Part shown: in pieces, positions 11,452 to 25,195 of the stretch
Layout of the letters: each line of letters starts with the position of its first letter
Position numbering within the stretch: the first letter of the stretch is position 1
Source of the DNA: Fimicolochytrium jonesii
Lineage: Eukaryota
Length of the DNA: 64,000 nt
Direction of reading: 5' to 3'
NCBI RefSeq assembly: GCF_025526975.1
Contig: NW_026515700.1
Location: forward strand, 186,001 to 250,000
Notes under the pieces: generated by a model
Database searches by the model: none
What the model was told of the DNA's origin: nothing
Seen by the model: the letters and a program-made list of their open reading frames with translations, nothing else
Position numbers and translations under genes: made by a program

Positions 11452-12670
11452 AAAATGGGGGTGGAGGGGTGCGTCGATGCAGTCCCCGGTAGCAGCGAGA
11501 TCATTGGTAAATTCGTATTTTTCAGGACATCTACTAGCCAGTCAATCACACGCCTCTGTGTCAAAAGTAGTTCCAAATTTGTGGCCAACCATCAGGGCAA
11601 AACATCTTGGGGTGTGATGTGGATGGCCGGGTGCCACGCAACGCCTTAGCCTTCCCCGCGGAATTACTGCCTTCCGCACGGAATAATTTGGGGTGGGTTG
11701 AATAACCCTATGCTCTGGACGAGGAACGTAGTTCATGAGTTCAATGGATGAGGAGAGGTTGTCAAGTAGTCAAGTGATGGCAAAGTCAAATAATGGATTT
11801 TGCGGGTGGGCATGGCAGCGATGATGCGGGCGGGGCGGGGCGGGGCGATGGGTTTTTGGGTGTGGGATTGGGATGAAAGGGGTGGGAGTTGACAGTGAGC
11901 GATGGGAAAGCGACGAGGGGAATTGCAGAACAGAGCCGTCGCGTAATCCAAAACGACGGGAACTGACACTATCTGTCATTTCTTCCTGGCAACTCCCCTC
12001 TATTTACAGTCTATGCACGCTCGCAAGCGACTCCGGGTGAAGCATGGCCGTCTAGTAATTGCTATGTTTGCTTTTGAGAGGTCATCCGCGGGCGGGCCCT
12101 TGTCAGAGCTTGGGCTTGAGACAAGAAGAATGCACGAAAAGGAATAATACAGTAATAGCATTGACCCCGCAAGTCACCGAGGCAATATTGGCGCATCCCT
12201 GTGCTTACCTCATCACCCGCGCCGATTGCACCGCTTTCAACATTTGTGTGCTGTAGACACACATTTCCCCAAATCAACGATCACGTCAAGAGAGCTGTAT
12301 TGTGAGCCGCCACTTACCGATCGAGGCTGTATCGCTCAAAATGTCGATACTCAGCCCGTGAACTCAGCCCGTTATTGACAGATTCCACCCCGATCTTCTG
12401 GAGCCGGCATGCCCTTCTCCGATGGCCTTCTTCGTTATGCTGTAGCATGTCAGCAGACGATACCAGGTCGCAACTGCCGGGTTTGTCTGTGTACGACATC
12501 TCGCTCCTACGTCCGGGCCCTCGTATATAAAAGCCCCCACGAACTCGTCAAGGTCTCCGTCTAACAAGACTCTTTCCTCGTGTCCTCCGAGCATTTTTAT
12601 TGCGAAACTCCAGCACAGAACAACCACGTTCTGGTCATAACAAGGTTCATTCCGTCCGCTTAAGAACAGT

Positions 12671-14944
12671 ATGACGGGAAAACCAGACGACCCAGACGTC
12701 GAAAGCGGCGGCAAACCGGACAACAACGGCACCACCGCAAAGAAGGAGGGATGGAGCTGATCACAGCTGTCGATGCCGCTGTCGGCGCTGCTTTTCCTAA
12801 CATCCCTCATAACCGCCGCTGCCATCGTCATCCCCGTCGCCGTGCTGGCCTTCCAGGGCGCGAACGAGACGGTCGATGACATCTTGCTTGTTGTTAGAGA
12901 CAACTATGCCGGCCAGCTGGTCTCCCTGGTGTCCTCGACACTTGGTGTTGTGTATGCTGCCACGCACAGGAATGCGGAGGATTTTGCGATTGTGTCGACG
13001 CTGCAGGCTTATGCGGGGCAGTCCATTGACTTTATCACCCATAACAGTCTGTAAGAACCCCCACACATCCTCACTGCAGCTTTGTTGACAATGATGCACA
13101 GTGATGTGACTGACCAGCTCCCCATCCGGAAAACGAAAAGAATCTACGCATACTCGCAGGCCGTCAACCAATACGATTTCCTCATGGCGATGGGTGTCTC
13201 CGCGGGTGACGGCAGAGACGCAGTGTTCGTCTCCCATCTAAACGGCCCAGGGTCATACTACCACAATGTGCCTCCGAACAGCCCCGGTCTGCAGCTGGTA
13301 GTCACCGGATACGACCTGGCCACCCGGACCGCGACTTTCATCCCTCCAGTCAACTCGTAAGTCAATAGAAATGGATGCCGTCTCTTCACACTGCGCCCCG
13401 AAGCTGAAAGAGATCACGGTTCAGATCCTTCCCTAACGCGGGGGTGGTGGTGACCAACCCGGCCGGACAATGGGCGAGCCAGCCAGTCTGGGCGCCGCTG
13501 ACATTCATGCCGGACGGAACCCCGATTTTCGCGGGTCTATATGGTTTGAATCAACCGCAATGGTAACAGAAGTCGCGCATACACAGGCAGTGACCTGCAG
13601 GATTTGACGAGTCGTATTTTGCAGGAGCGGCGTCGCCTTCGGAACCCCCGGACCCAACCGCGCACCCGACTACATCCAGCAGACTGTGGCGAATTTGCAG
13701 CGGTATTCGGATCTTCTGTCGGTAAGGAAAGCGAGTCGTGACGGAAGCTTCCCCGTGATCTCTAAGGGTTGCTGAGGCTCTTCTATCCTGCCGGTGTGTC
13801 TCCCTCAGGAACTCAAAACAACCCCAAACACTGGTATTAAAAGCAAAAGAAAGACTCTCAGGCTCGCCTACTTGATTTTCACGCGGATATGCGCTTGCAG
13901 TGATCGCCATTTGGGATGCGAACGGGCTGCTTGTTGCAAGCAATGCAGACCAGTCGGTGTTGTTCAACCCGGCAGCGCACCCGCCAGTCAGTTGGAGTGC
14001 CGAGTCGGCGCCTACGCAGACCATTGCGGTGAGCAAATTGCCCGCGAGGCAAATGTCGCCGCTTTACCGATGATAATATTTTGGCATTGCTTCCCAGATC
14101 CCTGCTCAGAAAGTCCTCGCCAAATATGGAAGGTAGCGTGCGCAAAGGCTGGCGGGGTTTTGTTTGGCGGTGTTCTCTTTGGACAAGCATGGCTGCTAAC
14201 CGTTTCTGCAAAGCTACGCGAAAATCCCCGACGCAACGTCTAACACGTTTTCGACCGCTAATGGCGACCTTTTTGTTGACACGGTAAGGGGGGGGGGGGG
14301 GCCATACCGCGGCGCATTCATCAACCGTTTGATATCCCTAATGCCATACCGTGCTTTCCATCCCAGCGCCGCATCAACGACGCCACCAACATCAACTGGA
14401 CCGTAATGCTCGCCATCCCCCAATCCGACCTCCTCGGGCCGCTCAAAGCCTCCCGCAACAAAGTCATCGGCGTCTCTGTCGGGATCGCCGTCGCTATGCT
14501 CGCCTTCGCCGCCTTCAGCAGCTACTTCGTCACGCGGCCCCTCCGCGAGCTCACGCGGATCATGGTGCAAGCGAGCAACATGGACTTCTCGGCGCTGCAG
14601 CAGGGGTATCTGAAGCAAACGCAGTTTGTGAGGGAGCTGGGCAAGATGCAGGCGGTCTTTGGCGGGATGCTGCAGAGGTTTGCGAGGGCTATTGAGGACA
14701 ATCGGAGGCTCGCGACCCATGGTAAAGCCGGTTTTTAGGTTTCCACGTACTGTCTCAGAAAAACATGTTGGTTCTGACCGCCTCTTCCTCCCCTCCCTTC
14801 TTTGCTGCAGGAAAGGGAAGCCAGCCCAGTGGGTTCACTTCCCCCAGGAAACTGTCGATCATCAAGACTACCGCAGTGGACGTCGGGAGTAACGATGGTC
14901 TGAAAACGTCGTTGTCTCCCATGAGCGAAGCGGAGAGGGAATGA
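12671..14944 (+). CDS. Two-TM receptor-like protein: TM, Cache-like extracellular domain, TM, HAMP, no output domain; in-frame TGA at 12758
   Basis: N-terminal hydrophobic helix; INWTVMLAIPQSDLLG (Cache-type last strand); second TM; HAMP TRPLRELTRIM...ELGKMQAVFGGM; multiple GT-AG introns. An alternative start is the ATG at 12773. Confidence 0.7.
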
Positions 14945-15797
14945 AGGTTGTCATGCTCTTTCTTCGACAATCAAGAGAATTGAACTAGCTCCTGGTTCGA
15001 TACAGTTCATAGGAAATTTGCTTGGCTGTAGTCTCGTCGTACCACAACTCCCGAATGCTTTGCAGCATCTGTACTATATACGCGCTGTCGAAACACGTCA
15101 AAGATGTTCCCTCTCCGCGTAAATCCTGCACGCACCTATACTGCGTACATTGCCAATGCATTGCTTTCCATAGCAGCCGCTTGCATCGGATGTTTCTGTC
15201 ATACCGGTACGGAACCAAATGTGAACCCAGCCTCATCCTCAAATTGTAGCTTCGGCACTGAAGAGAGTTAAGAGATTCCGTCCACTGAGTAGGGTCTGAC
15301 GGGCTCCCGGAACCAACTTATCGTACGGAACGTCTCGAGGTCCCAGTTCCGTTCGAGAGCTCCATCCTGTTCTATGGGGTCACCCGTTGAAATACGTACT
15401 TTACGAATAGAATGGGGATGGGATCTTTCCTCTACGTACCCAGGTGCAGGACTCGGACATATTTCCCCATCACCGTTCCCATCTCCTTCACACATCACGC
15501 AACACCTGAACCAACCATTGGTCCGTAGCATCTGGCCCATTCTCACTTCCTCCCTGATAGCGAGGTTTCAAATGGACTCTCCCCTGCCAGTACTAAAAGT
15601 GCTCATTTCTCAGACTCCCCTATGAAACTCTACGACGGGAAAACTAGAACAACTCTATGCCAAAAAAAAGGACCATGGAATGATGGGATAATGCGTGCGC
15701 ATGCACATGTACCCCATCACATCCTGATGCCTTCCACCCCAGCGGCATCCCACCCGCATCCAATCCCGTCCCGCCTTTCAACCACCCTCCTATCAAT

Positions 15798-16478
15798 TCA
15801 CCGACGATACCGAAACAGATAGATATAAAAGAACACGGCGAGCACAAACAGGATCAGGTACCACATCCACCGCCCGTTCTGTTTGCGCGCCATGATGTTG
15901 AGCCGCCGCATCGTGGATTCGAGGAAACTGCCCGTCTTGTCAAAGTCTTTGTCCATTTCGTCCATCAAGTTGCGTTGCAGGTGTAATTCGTCGCCTATTG
16001 CTATTGATATCTGGAGGCGAGAGGGTGGTTGTTAGTCGATGGATGGGGTTGCGAGCAATGGGCCGGCAAGCATTCAGGGTTCGGCGAGCGAAGTGAAGCC
16101 TCAGTCGTTTTGCGAGCTACAGTAAGCGTCCATGCTTATCAACCTGCCAGCCCCACCTCCTTGTCGCGAGCGGAGTATCGTTCAACCATCGTCCAACCTT
16201 CCATCACCACACCCCGTCCACCGCTTCGCGAGCAGCGTACCGTCATTCGCCATCCCACACATCACGGCCTCCCTCCTCCCATCACCCACCTGCTTAAGCT
16301 GACTCAGTTTATCCCCCAAGATTCCCACATGCTGGTCATTCTCCTGCTCCATGCCATAATGATACGGCTGTCCGCCTCCGCCGCCGCCTGCGTACCCGCC
16401 GCCTATTGGTTGTTGCGATGAGTAGGATGAGGATGAGGGGTCATAGCCGGCGGCGTGTTGGGGGCGCCGGTGTGACAT
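15798..16478 (-). CDS. BET1: ER-Golgi Qc-SNARE Bet1 (exons 16290-16478 and 15798-16010)
   Basis: MEQENDQHVGILGDKLSQLKQ|ISIAIGDEL..Q..LMDEM...F followed by a C-terminal TM helix. Confidence 0.9.
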
Positions 16479-17163
16479 TTTGAGACAGGTGGGAGGGTGG
16501 ATAGGTGGAGGGGCGAAATGAGGAGGATGGCGGGTGGGCTGGCTGCTTGACTCTGAGGCTGGCAGGCTACAAGAGTGTGCTGATGTGCGGCCGTGGAGGG
16601 AGCGTCCAGAACGAGAGAAGAGGAAGTTGTAATGGTTGGAATTGTCGCCACGCGCGGCAAGATGGCCGTTTTCACGCTGGGGCCAATCGGTCCAATCTTC
16701 CACCGCTTTCCACCAGAGAAGCCTCACGCCACAGAGGGGCAACAGACCCACTGAAGCAGGGGGCCAAGCCGACAGAGGAATCTCTTCCGTTTCTATGCTT
16801 AGAGGTGATAAAGACGGAGAGACACCGTCCTTCATACAGTAGACTCCGTCTTCTGATAAGCACGAGGCCGAGGCGGAACCTCACAGCAACAAGGACGAAA
16901 GGCCGATATCTCCGTCTCTATTTTCACTCTCTCAAACGTATTTAAGGAGGTTTTTTTGCAAGCTTCGTTGGTGTCGATATTCATTAATAGGACATCAAAA
17001 GTCAAGTATCCCACTCCGGCCCTCTCAGGACCGGCTACGTACATATGATACAATACATATGAGCGTGCCAGGCCCTCGAAAGCAAGGAAAAGGGGACACT
17101 AAATCTGAGAAAAAGAAAAGCCAATCGCCTTCTCAGCAAAAGCCCTAATACGGAGCTGCAATA

Positions 17164-20100
17164 TCACCCCCGAAACATATTCCCCAACGCCATCCTAACA
17201 ACATTCCTCCTGACCGTCGACAACCTCTCCACATCCTCATCAGTGGCTGGGCGGTATCTCAGGAATTGCGTGTTGCGGAGGGCGCAGGTTGAGACGAAAT
17301 CTGGGACTTTTTGCGAAAGAAACGATGAGTTTTTGCGATGATGAAATGTCTGGAGATGGAGACCGTTACCTTTGTTGACCTCATCCACGAAATCGCGAAA
17401 GAACTCCTCCTTCTCGCGGACGGCGGCGATCTGCTCCTCATTATAGTGTTGCGATTCCATCGTCTAGAAATAAAACATGGCATCCAATGCGGTTCAATCA
17501 GCAAGCAGCTATCAAACATCATCGAGTATATGTCGCCTCAAAACGCACCTGTCGCGAAACCTCCCCATGATGCCTCAAATTGAAGTAATCGCTCCGATCC
17601 AACGCATGCGGCGTGTGTTTATTCGTCGGATGTCCATGCGCGCCATATCCCGCGAAATACCTGTGCTCGCCACGCTTCTCAACACTTGCCGTGTTTGCGG
17701 ATGATGAACGCAGTTTCTTTTCCCGGTACATCTGCATGACGTCCCCGATGACGAAGGAAGAAGATGCGCGGCGGCGGAGGCCGTTGGTGAAGGGGAGGGG
17801 GGTGAAGTTGGGGTCCTTTGGGGTTGATGGGTTGGCGTTGGGGTTGGTGGAGGCGGGTTGACCTTGGCTGGGTGTGGGTGCTCCGCCGTTGCTTGGGCCG
17901 GTGTGGGGCGGAGCGCGGGACGTATTCGGGGTATTGCTTGGGTTTCGGCTACCGTCGTTCGAGCCGCCGTCGGGCCTACGAGGCGGTGCGTCCTGCGGGG
18001 TGCCACCGCGACTGTCATTCGAGCCGCCGCGGGGAGGTACGTCGTTATTCCCGCCCATCGGTCTGTTGGTCGGATCCCACTGGTCGTTGTTGCTTGGACG
18101 TTGCGAGCTAGGCGTCCAGTTGGGCTCCGCGCCTCCCCGGCCGTCCTGCCATTGATTATCACTTTGACCTTGGCCCCAGTTGCCCGATGCGAAGAAAGGG
18201 TCTCTACCGCCACTCTGCTCTTGTTCCTGTTGCTGTTGCCGTTGATCATCACCAGGCTGTCCCGATCCCTGCATCCAGGGTGGGGATCCGTCCAAACCGG
18301 GAGCTGGACGGCCGCTTTGGTTTGGGCGCGATTGATCGTCGCGTGGGGAAGGGAAGGCTGCGAGATTGAGGTTGGCTCGCCAGTCGCGGGATGCGGATAA
18401 GCGTTGCGAGCCTCGACGTCGGTCTTCATCTTGCCATTGATCGTCGGCTTGTTGAGGTCGGCGCCTCCGTTTACGAGATGCGTCCGTATCGGAGTTGGAG
18501 GTCCGGCTGCCGTCTTGCCATTCATCGTCGTCTTGACGTCCAGGTCCTTGACCCCCCGCCCAACCCTGCTCGGGATCTTCATCTTCCCCACCTCGACGTC
18601 CATCATCCCACCCCTCATCATCGCTGCCTTGAATTTCTTGCCCCTGCCAACGATCCCGACCTAGCCCTTCCAACTCCTCAACATCATCATTCGAAGTCGG
18701 CACATCCCATATCGGTTTCAACAACCTCGGGTCGGTAATAACGACATCCGGAACGATCGAGTTGGAGTATCTATAGCACTGCCAATCGAAAGACATCAAT
18801 ACCAACACTCGAAATACAAAACCCGACCGCCAATCAACTCACCAACAACTCCGCATCCGGCAAAACGTCCCCTTCCTCGTCATAGCCGTTGCTTTCATTC
18901 CCGTATCGGAGCGCGTACCGGACCGGAACGTCCGGGTACATCCCCGAGTAATGCATCATGTCGTCTACGGTGGCGTTGTTGGAGTCCGGGTAGCCTTCGT
19001 ACGTGTGTGCGATGTGGAGGTGGTGGTGTTGCCAGCGGGCCCAGTGGCGGTCGATATTCTGGGGTTGGGGGTGAGAGTGTGAGTTCCATATCCATGAAAG
19101 GCTTTGCAAGTCATGAACGGGAGAAGGAGAGCCTTACCCCGTGATGAAGCCAGAAGATGGGATCTGCGCAACAGAAACAGAGTAAGCAAGACGCCCAATC
19201 AGCCCTCCCCGTTTCGAAAGAAAACCCTTACCGTTCGTACTCGTAGGCGCGGTCGCGAAATCCCCGCCGTCCCCGCCGACCCCCGAATGCACCAGATTAT
19301 GCGGCAACGTCTCCAAAAAGCTCCGGAACAGCCCGTATCGCGCCATCCCGGTGATCATCTCCAGTTCCACGGGGCTGAACGTCGCGGGGATCAGCGTTCC
19401 CTGGGGGCCTTGCACCCAGTTGCGGTCAATCGGGTGCGGGGACGGCCAGGTGGCGAAGAGGTGGGTGAAGTTGGAGGCGCCGATGAAGTGGGAAGACGAG
19501 GGGGAAGAGTCGGGCGAGGACCCGGGTGTGGAGGGTGTGGGGCGGCCGTAGAACCTGGCGGACCAGAGGATGGAGGTTTCGGGGGATTGGGAGTCGTGGG
19601 ACCAGTCCCAGAAGCTGGGGTTGGGAGCATTTGAGAAAGAGTGAGGTTATGGGTTTGCGGATGCGGTGTAGGCAAGGAGACTACGTACGGGATGCCCTCG
19701 TCCCATCCACAGTGCCTGATCAAAGCTCGTTCATAAAGCGAGATGAAGATTCGATGCCACGGAAGGAACTGCGGCTGCAAAAAAGCAACATAAAAATCGA
19801 GTGAGCCCCCTCGCCTCGAAAGTAACGAAAACCATTCATCCCAAAGAACTCACCGTCCCATGCGTCTCCGCCGCAACCCTCCAATGCACATACACAAAAT
19901 CATCATACAGACTCGGCATCGCGATTTTTCGCCCGACCCCATCTCTGACCCACTGCGTCTCGCGGGTGGACAGGCGGGAGGGCTGCTCGCGCAGGCAGAC
20001 CGTGGCGAGGATGTACCGCTCGCGGTCGTGTTCGGAGAGTTCGCGGAATTCGCGGCGGACGCGGGGGTGTCGGCAGGAGGTGTGCGGCATTGGGGGAGCC

Positions 20101-20378
20101 GGGAGTGGGGGTGGGGGTGTGGGGTCGGCTTGGGTGGATGGGTGTGGGCCGTTGATGTCGTTGGGGATGGAGGGTCCCCAGTTTGAGCTTTGATCTTGCT
20201 GAGGCGGGCCTTGGGAGCTGTCGTCGCCGAAGTCGGATGGACGTTCGAAGTCGTTGCCGGGGTTGGACATGTCGGGTGGGCCTTTGGAGTCTTCGGAACC
20301 CCAGTTTGAGTCTTGGGCTTTGACCAGGGTGGAGAGCACGACCAGCAAGAGGGTCGGGACGAGGATTGAGAGATGCAT
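17164..20378 (-). CDS. Secreted tyrosinase-family type-3 copper protein with long low-complexity C-terminal linker, multi-exon
   Basis: Signal peptide; RREFRELS; CuA H...HG..FLPWHR; YWDWS; CuB PHNLVHSGVGG...NDPIFWLHH.NIDRHWARWQ. Confidence 0.92.
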
Positions 20379-21484
20379 TTGAAGAGAAAGTCGTTATCTG
20401 AACAGGATTTGGAAAGTTTCTGTTGCGAAGAGGAGGTTTTATATGAATCTCCTCTCAGACTCGGCGAATTCCGTTGCAGGATAGGCAGGGCGTGCCTTTT
20501 TATACTTGATACGGTCTACTCCCTCTGTTTCACTCCCACTCCTCTGGAGCGGCGGGCCCCTCGCCTGAAACGGTTTCTTGGCCGTTCTCGCCAACACTGC
20601 CATACGCGGCCGAGCGCTTGGCCGTTTATGTGTGCATTCGGGGACGGGGGGGAGAGGGGCATTATTGCCATAATTGGGGATGGCGAATGAAAACGGGGGG
20701 AAAGTGGGGGAGGGGTGTTTAACAGCATTTTGACGGGCTGGCCGTTTTTCCGAGTGCGGATGACCGTTGCTTATGTTGCGGCGGGTGCAGAAAGCAGGCC
20801 GCTGAGTGTGTGTGTATAAGGAGGACTTTGCGGATGGACGGACCGGGGGCAGGACTCGACTCCTCCAGCCTCTCGCCTCTCTCCGCACAGAGAATGCAGA
20901 GGAGTTCCGTCGTCGTTGCTCTTTTGACGGCATCCCGTCAACCCCGTTTTAATCCTCGCTGAGCACGTGACTGTAATTATATTCCCCTAACGCAGGCCCT
21001 CGTCAGATTGCTCGACCACTCAAGGCAAACCCATCCAGGAGCTCATCAGTGTAAGGGATCAAGACCTCATCCGCGACTGGGTGCTTCGAACAAGCTTTTC
21101 TTGTGAAGTACAGTACGCTCAGGAATCCCGGTCGATTTATTGTGTGCCTTTTCGCCAAAAACTTCTGTTATTTCCCACAGTTGAAACACGACTTTGCAAA
21201 CCACAAACGAAAGCAGGAAGGCCGCGAGTCCCAGCGATCTGCGGATTCTTCTCTACTGCTGAGAAGTCTGCAGCAAAGAAGTAGAGTGATACGGTTGGTG
21301 GACCGAAGCGACTACGGAAACCGTGCCCGGTAGATTCGCAGGGGTTTGAATAGTAGTCGAGGAGTACAGGAAACGACGCACTTGCTTCGACAACGAATAG
21401 CCGGCGAAAACGGGTCAGCTGTGCTAAGGACTCGTTGTCGTAGCCTGGAGTAGCTCAGAAAAGTTGGAAGCAGAGCGAAACGGG

Positions 21485-22582
21485 ATGACGGTCCCAATGG
21501 ACCCCTCAACGCCCACCCAACCAAATGGGACCGACCGAGCCCACATCCCTGATCGGGAATCCACCCCCGCGCCTGCCGGCGGCAGCAGCAGCACAAGAGG
21601 CAATCCATCCACATCCTCATCGCACGATGCCTCGGCAGCAGCAACGCCACCGCCTGCGCCCACGAAACGATCGGATAGGACAGAAGCCGAGGTGTTGATT
21701 GACGCGGCGAATGCGCACGGCCGGCAGGATGCGTTGTCGTTGCCGAAAGATGCCAAGATGGTCTCTTTGGTGTTGCAGGCGTTGGGCGTGGATGAATATG
21801 AGCCGAGGGTTGTGCCGCAGTTATTGGAGTTTATGCATCGTGAGTTGAGGAATGATATTGAGGAACTCAGAAGGGCATAAGAGAGGCAACATAAGTCTTA
21901 TCGGCTCGTCCCCGTTCAGGATACGTATTGGATGTGCTGGGCGACGCGAGGACATACGCTGATCACGCGAACCACACCCAAATCAACACCAACGACATCC
22001 GCTTAGCGATCGAAGGGCGGTCTGTGCATTCGTTCACGGGTCCTCCTCGGCGAGAGGTGCGTTGAAACAATTTTCGATATAGGGCAGGTCGGCGCGATCA
22101 GGCCACTGAGTACATCTTTGTGTGAACAGATTTTGGAAAGCATGGCAGCAAAACGCAACGCGATACCCCTGCCTCTCATTCCGGAAAAGTATGGCGTGCG
22201 GTTACCACCAGAGCGACATACGCTTACGGGGACGAACTTCCAGGTCGTTGTGCAGGTAATGCCATGCACTCTGTACCATCGCATACTTTTGCACCACGGC
22301 GAGAAAGACCAACCCCTCTCCCATTCCATGTAGAAATCGAAAACAAAACCACCACCCCTCCGCGCGGCCCCACCCGACCAACAACAACAAGCATTCACCC
22401 ACGACGACCAGCAGCACCAACCAATGGACATCTCCCAACCACCGCCTGTATTACCGTCAGCAACAATGCCGAGTCTCCCACCTCCAGCACAAGTATCACA
22501 ACAACCGCTGCCGGGACTGCCGGGGTTGCCGGCGATGGAGACGAAGGCTGCGGGGGATGAGGATGATTATGATGAGGAATGA
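21485..22582 (+). CDS. TAF9: TFIID/SAGA subunit Taf9, multi-exon
   Basis: PKDAKMV...EYEPRVVPQLLEFMHRY..DVL.DA..YADHA, PPRRE, NAIPLP...GVRLPPERHTLT. Confidence 0.95.
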
Positions 22583-23096
22583 ATTTGGGGGCGGGAGGGG
22601 GATGGTTGTGTGAGAGGTGGGGAGGGAGTATGGTGGGCGGTGCGGGTGACGAGATGTCCCAACTTCCTTCACACTTTGGGGGATGAACGAAAGCGGCCGA
22701 TTTCCGCTTGTATAGAGTGGTATGCCCATGTACATATAATCTACTGGCGCACATCTTTTGATTCGGTGTTTGTGTTGTTCGCAAGCTCCCTTCTGAGAGC
22801 GTACTGATGGGAAGTTACAGTAGTGGGACGCGCGTGTGACGGCGGAGAAGGAGCCAAGGGAGGTGTGACTCCGCTGACTCCTCCAGAAAGCAACCCCAAC
22901 CCCCCCCCCCCTCTCCTTTCTCCGCAACATTGCCGCCTGCCTCCCTCCCTCACATATCTATCTGCCCTCCACTGGAAGTGGCCTCTGCCTCGCTTGTCAC
23001 TCCTTCGTCTAGTGTGGGTCGCAGCCGCCTTTCGTACAAGTGTTTAAGGAGCCCGATACAGTGTGAAAACGAGGAACCTCGAACGGAACCTCAACG

Positions 23097-24856
23097 ATGA
23101 CGAAGCCCCACCACTTTTCGCTCGAGGCCGCCGTCCGGCCCAATATCCTGGCGCTGAAGGTAATGCCTTGCCGTTGACCAGACTCGCGCACGCCAGACAA
23201 TGAACTCAACTCACCCATCCCACCAACCCCCAGCCCTACCGCTGCGCCCGCGACGACTACTCCACCGGCATCCTCCTCGACGCCAACGAAAACTCCTTCG
23301 GCACCTGTCTACCCCCCACCCTCGCCCCCTCCTTGCTCCCTTCCACCCCCTCTCTCCTCCCCGCCACCTCCGACACGCCCACCGACACCCACCTCGAACG
23401 CTACCCGTCCCCGCACCAACCCACCCTCAAACACCTCATCTCCTCCTTCCGCGCGCTCAACCCGACCACAGGGCCCGAGAGCCTGTTTCTGGGTGTTGGC
23501 AGCGATGAGAGTCTTGATCTGATCGTCAGGGTGTTTTGTAGGCCCGGTGTGGAGAAGGTGTTGGTGTGTCCGCCGACGTATGGGATGTACGGGGTTGTGG
23601 CGATGGTCAATGATGTGGGGGTCGTGGAGGTGGGGTTGGAGACGGGGGATGACGGGAGGAGGTTTCAGCTGAGGGTTGATGAGGTGGGTATTCGTGGGAG
23701 AGCGGCGAGTGTTAGCGCCCCAGCGAGGACGAACGCAAGTGAAGTGAGAGCTAAACTCTGCCCGAGCGGAACGTGCCACATTGCGTTCAGACGCGCAATG
23801 GTCCCCCTCCCTGCCGCTCTTAGCGAGCTGCGGCGAGCGGCAGATCCTTTTGCGAGCGATGCGAGCTGCTCTGCCCACCGACCTCTCGCTGGCGCTCCGA
23901 AAAATCGCTGCATTTCACACTCCAGAGGATGATGGACACACTTCGAAACCCTACTGGCGGGCACATCTCCTTTTTTCCATGTTTTCGTTTTGTTGACAAA
24001 CCCTTCCCAATCGTTCATCCTCCCCCCCCCCCCCCTCCCCCCCCGTCACCCCCCAACACAGATAAAACACCACCTCCGCACCGACCCCACGATAAAAATC
24101 CTCTTCCTCTGCTCCCCGGGCAACCCGACCGGCACCCTCCTCCACCACGCCGACATCAAATCCCTCCTCGACTACGAACACTACAAAGGCGTCGTGGTCG
24201 TCGACGAGGCGTACATCGATTTCTGCGAGCCTGGTGCGAGTGTCGCGACGTGGACGGAAGAATACCCGAACCTGGTGGTGACGCAGACGTTGAGCAAGAG
24301 TTTCGGGTTAGCGGGGATCCGGTACGTCCCAAACTCATAATCACACCCCTCATATCATCATCGTACGGGGATCGTCAACTTATCAAAATCTGACGCTTTT
24401 GTTAGACTGGGAATCTCCATAGCCTCACCCGCAATAACAAAGATCTTCAACGCCACAAAAGCCCCCTACAACATCTCCACCCCAACCTCCCTCCTCGCCC
24501 GCGCCGCCCTGTCCCCCGCAGGCGTCGCCCAGATGCGCGAACATGTCGCCAGCATCACCTCCCAGCGCTCCGCCCTCATCGCCGCCCTCGCCACCCTCCC
24601 GGACCTCGCACCCCCCCGCGGCGGCACGGACGCGAACTTCATCCTCATCCCCGTGTTGAGAGACGGGAAGCCGTGTAATACCCGCGCCCACGCAGTCTAC
24701 AAACGCATGGCGGAGCATGCCGCCCGCCAGGTGGTGGTCAGGTTCAGGGGCATGGAGAAGGGGTGCGAGGGGTGTTTGAGGATCACGGTCGGCACCGGGG
24801 AGGAGAATAAGGCGCTGGTCGGGTTGTTGGGGGCGGTGTTGGGGGAGACTGCGTAG
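23097..24856 (+). CDS. HIS5: Histidinol-phosphate aminotransferase, multi-exon
   Basis: RPNILAL.PYRCARDDY, LLDANEN, LGVGSDE, PPTYGMY, CSPGNPTG, VDEAYIDF, QTLSKSFGLAGIR, LRITVGT. Confidence 0.96.
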
Positions 24857-25195
24857 CGGGGTGTGGAGAGTCTTTTCAGAGGCGTACTTTTAGCATCAAG
24901 GACCAGCGTGTTGAGCTAGACTAGGTTGGGTATCTCTCGCAATCATCAACTTTCATGTTCTTCTCCCCGAATATAATTTACACATGAACCCTATGAATAC
25001 AGAAATAATGATAGATGCGCGGGCTGGCGGTTCTATACATACAGCGCTGTCTATGCTATGCCTATCCTAATGCGAGACGGTGCGCTGGGGTGGTGAGGCG
25101 CGGCGGGCCCTTGCGGTACGGTTATTGCGGCATAGTGTCCGAAGTAGGGTACGGCGGTGGGGGGGGGGGGGGGGGGGGCGGGGACATCCGGGCGT

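Noticed and set aside
15250..15420. Possible hammerhead ribozyme or ncRNA (CTGAAGA plus hairpins)
   Set aside because: There is no correctly placed GAAA/stem II and no recognisable RNA family.
17575..18738. Long alternative-frame and antisense ORFs over tyrosinase and other GC-rich genes
   Set aside because: These are expected shadow ORFs in high-GC coding DNA.
20990..21080. Minus-strand CTGATGAG hammerhead-like core
   Set aside because: It lacks the closing CGAAA and stem III pairing.
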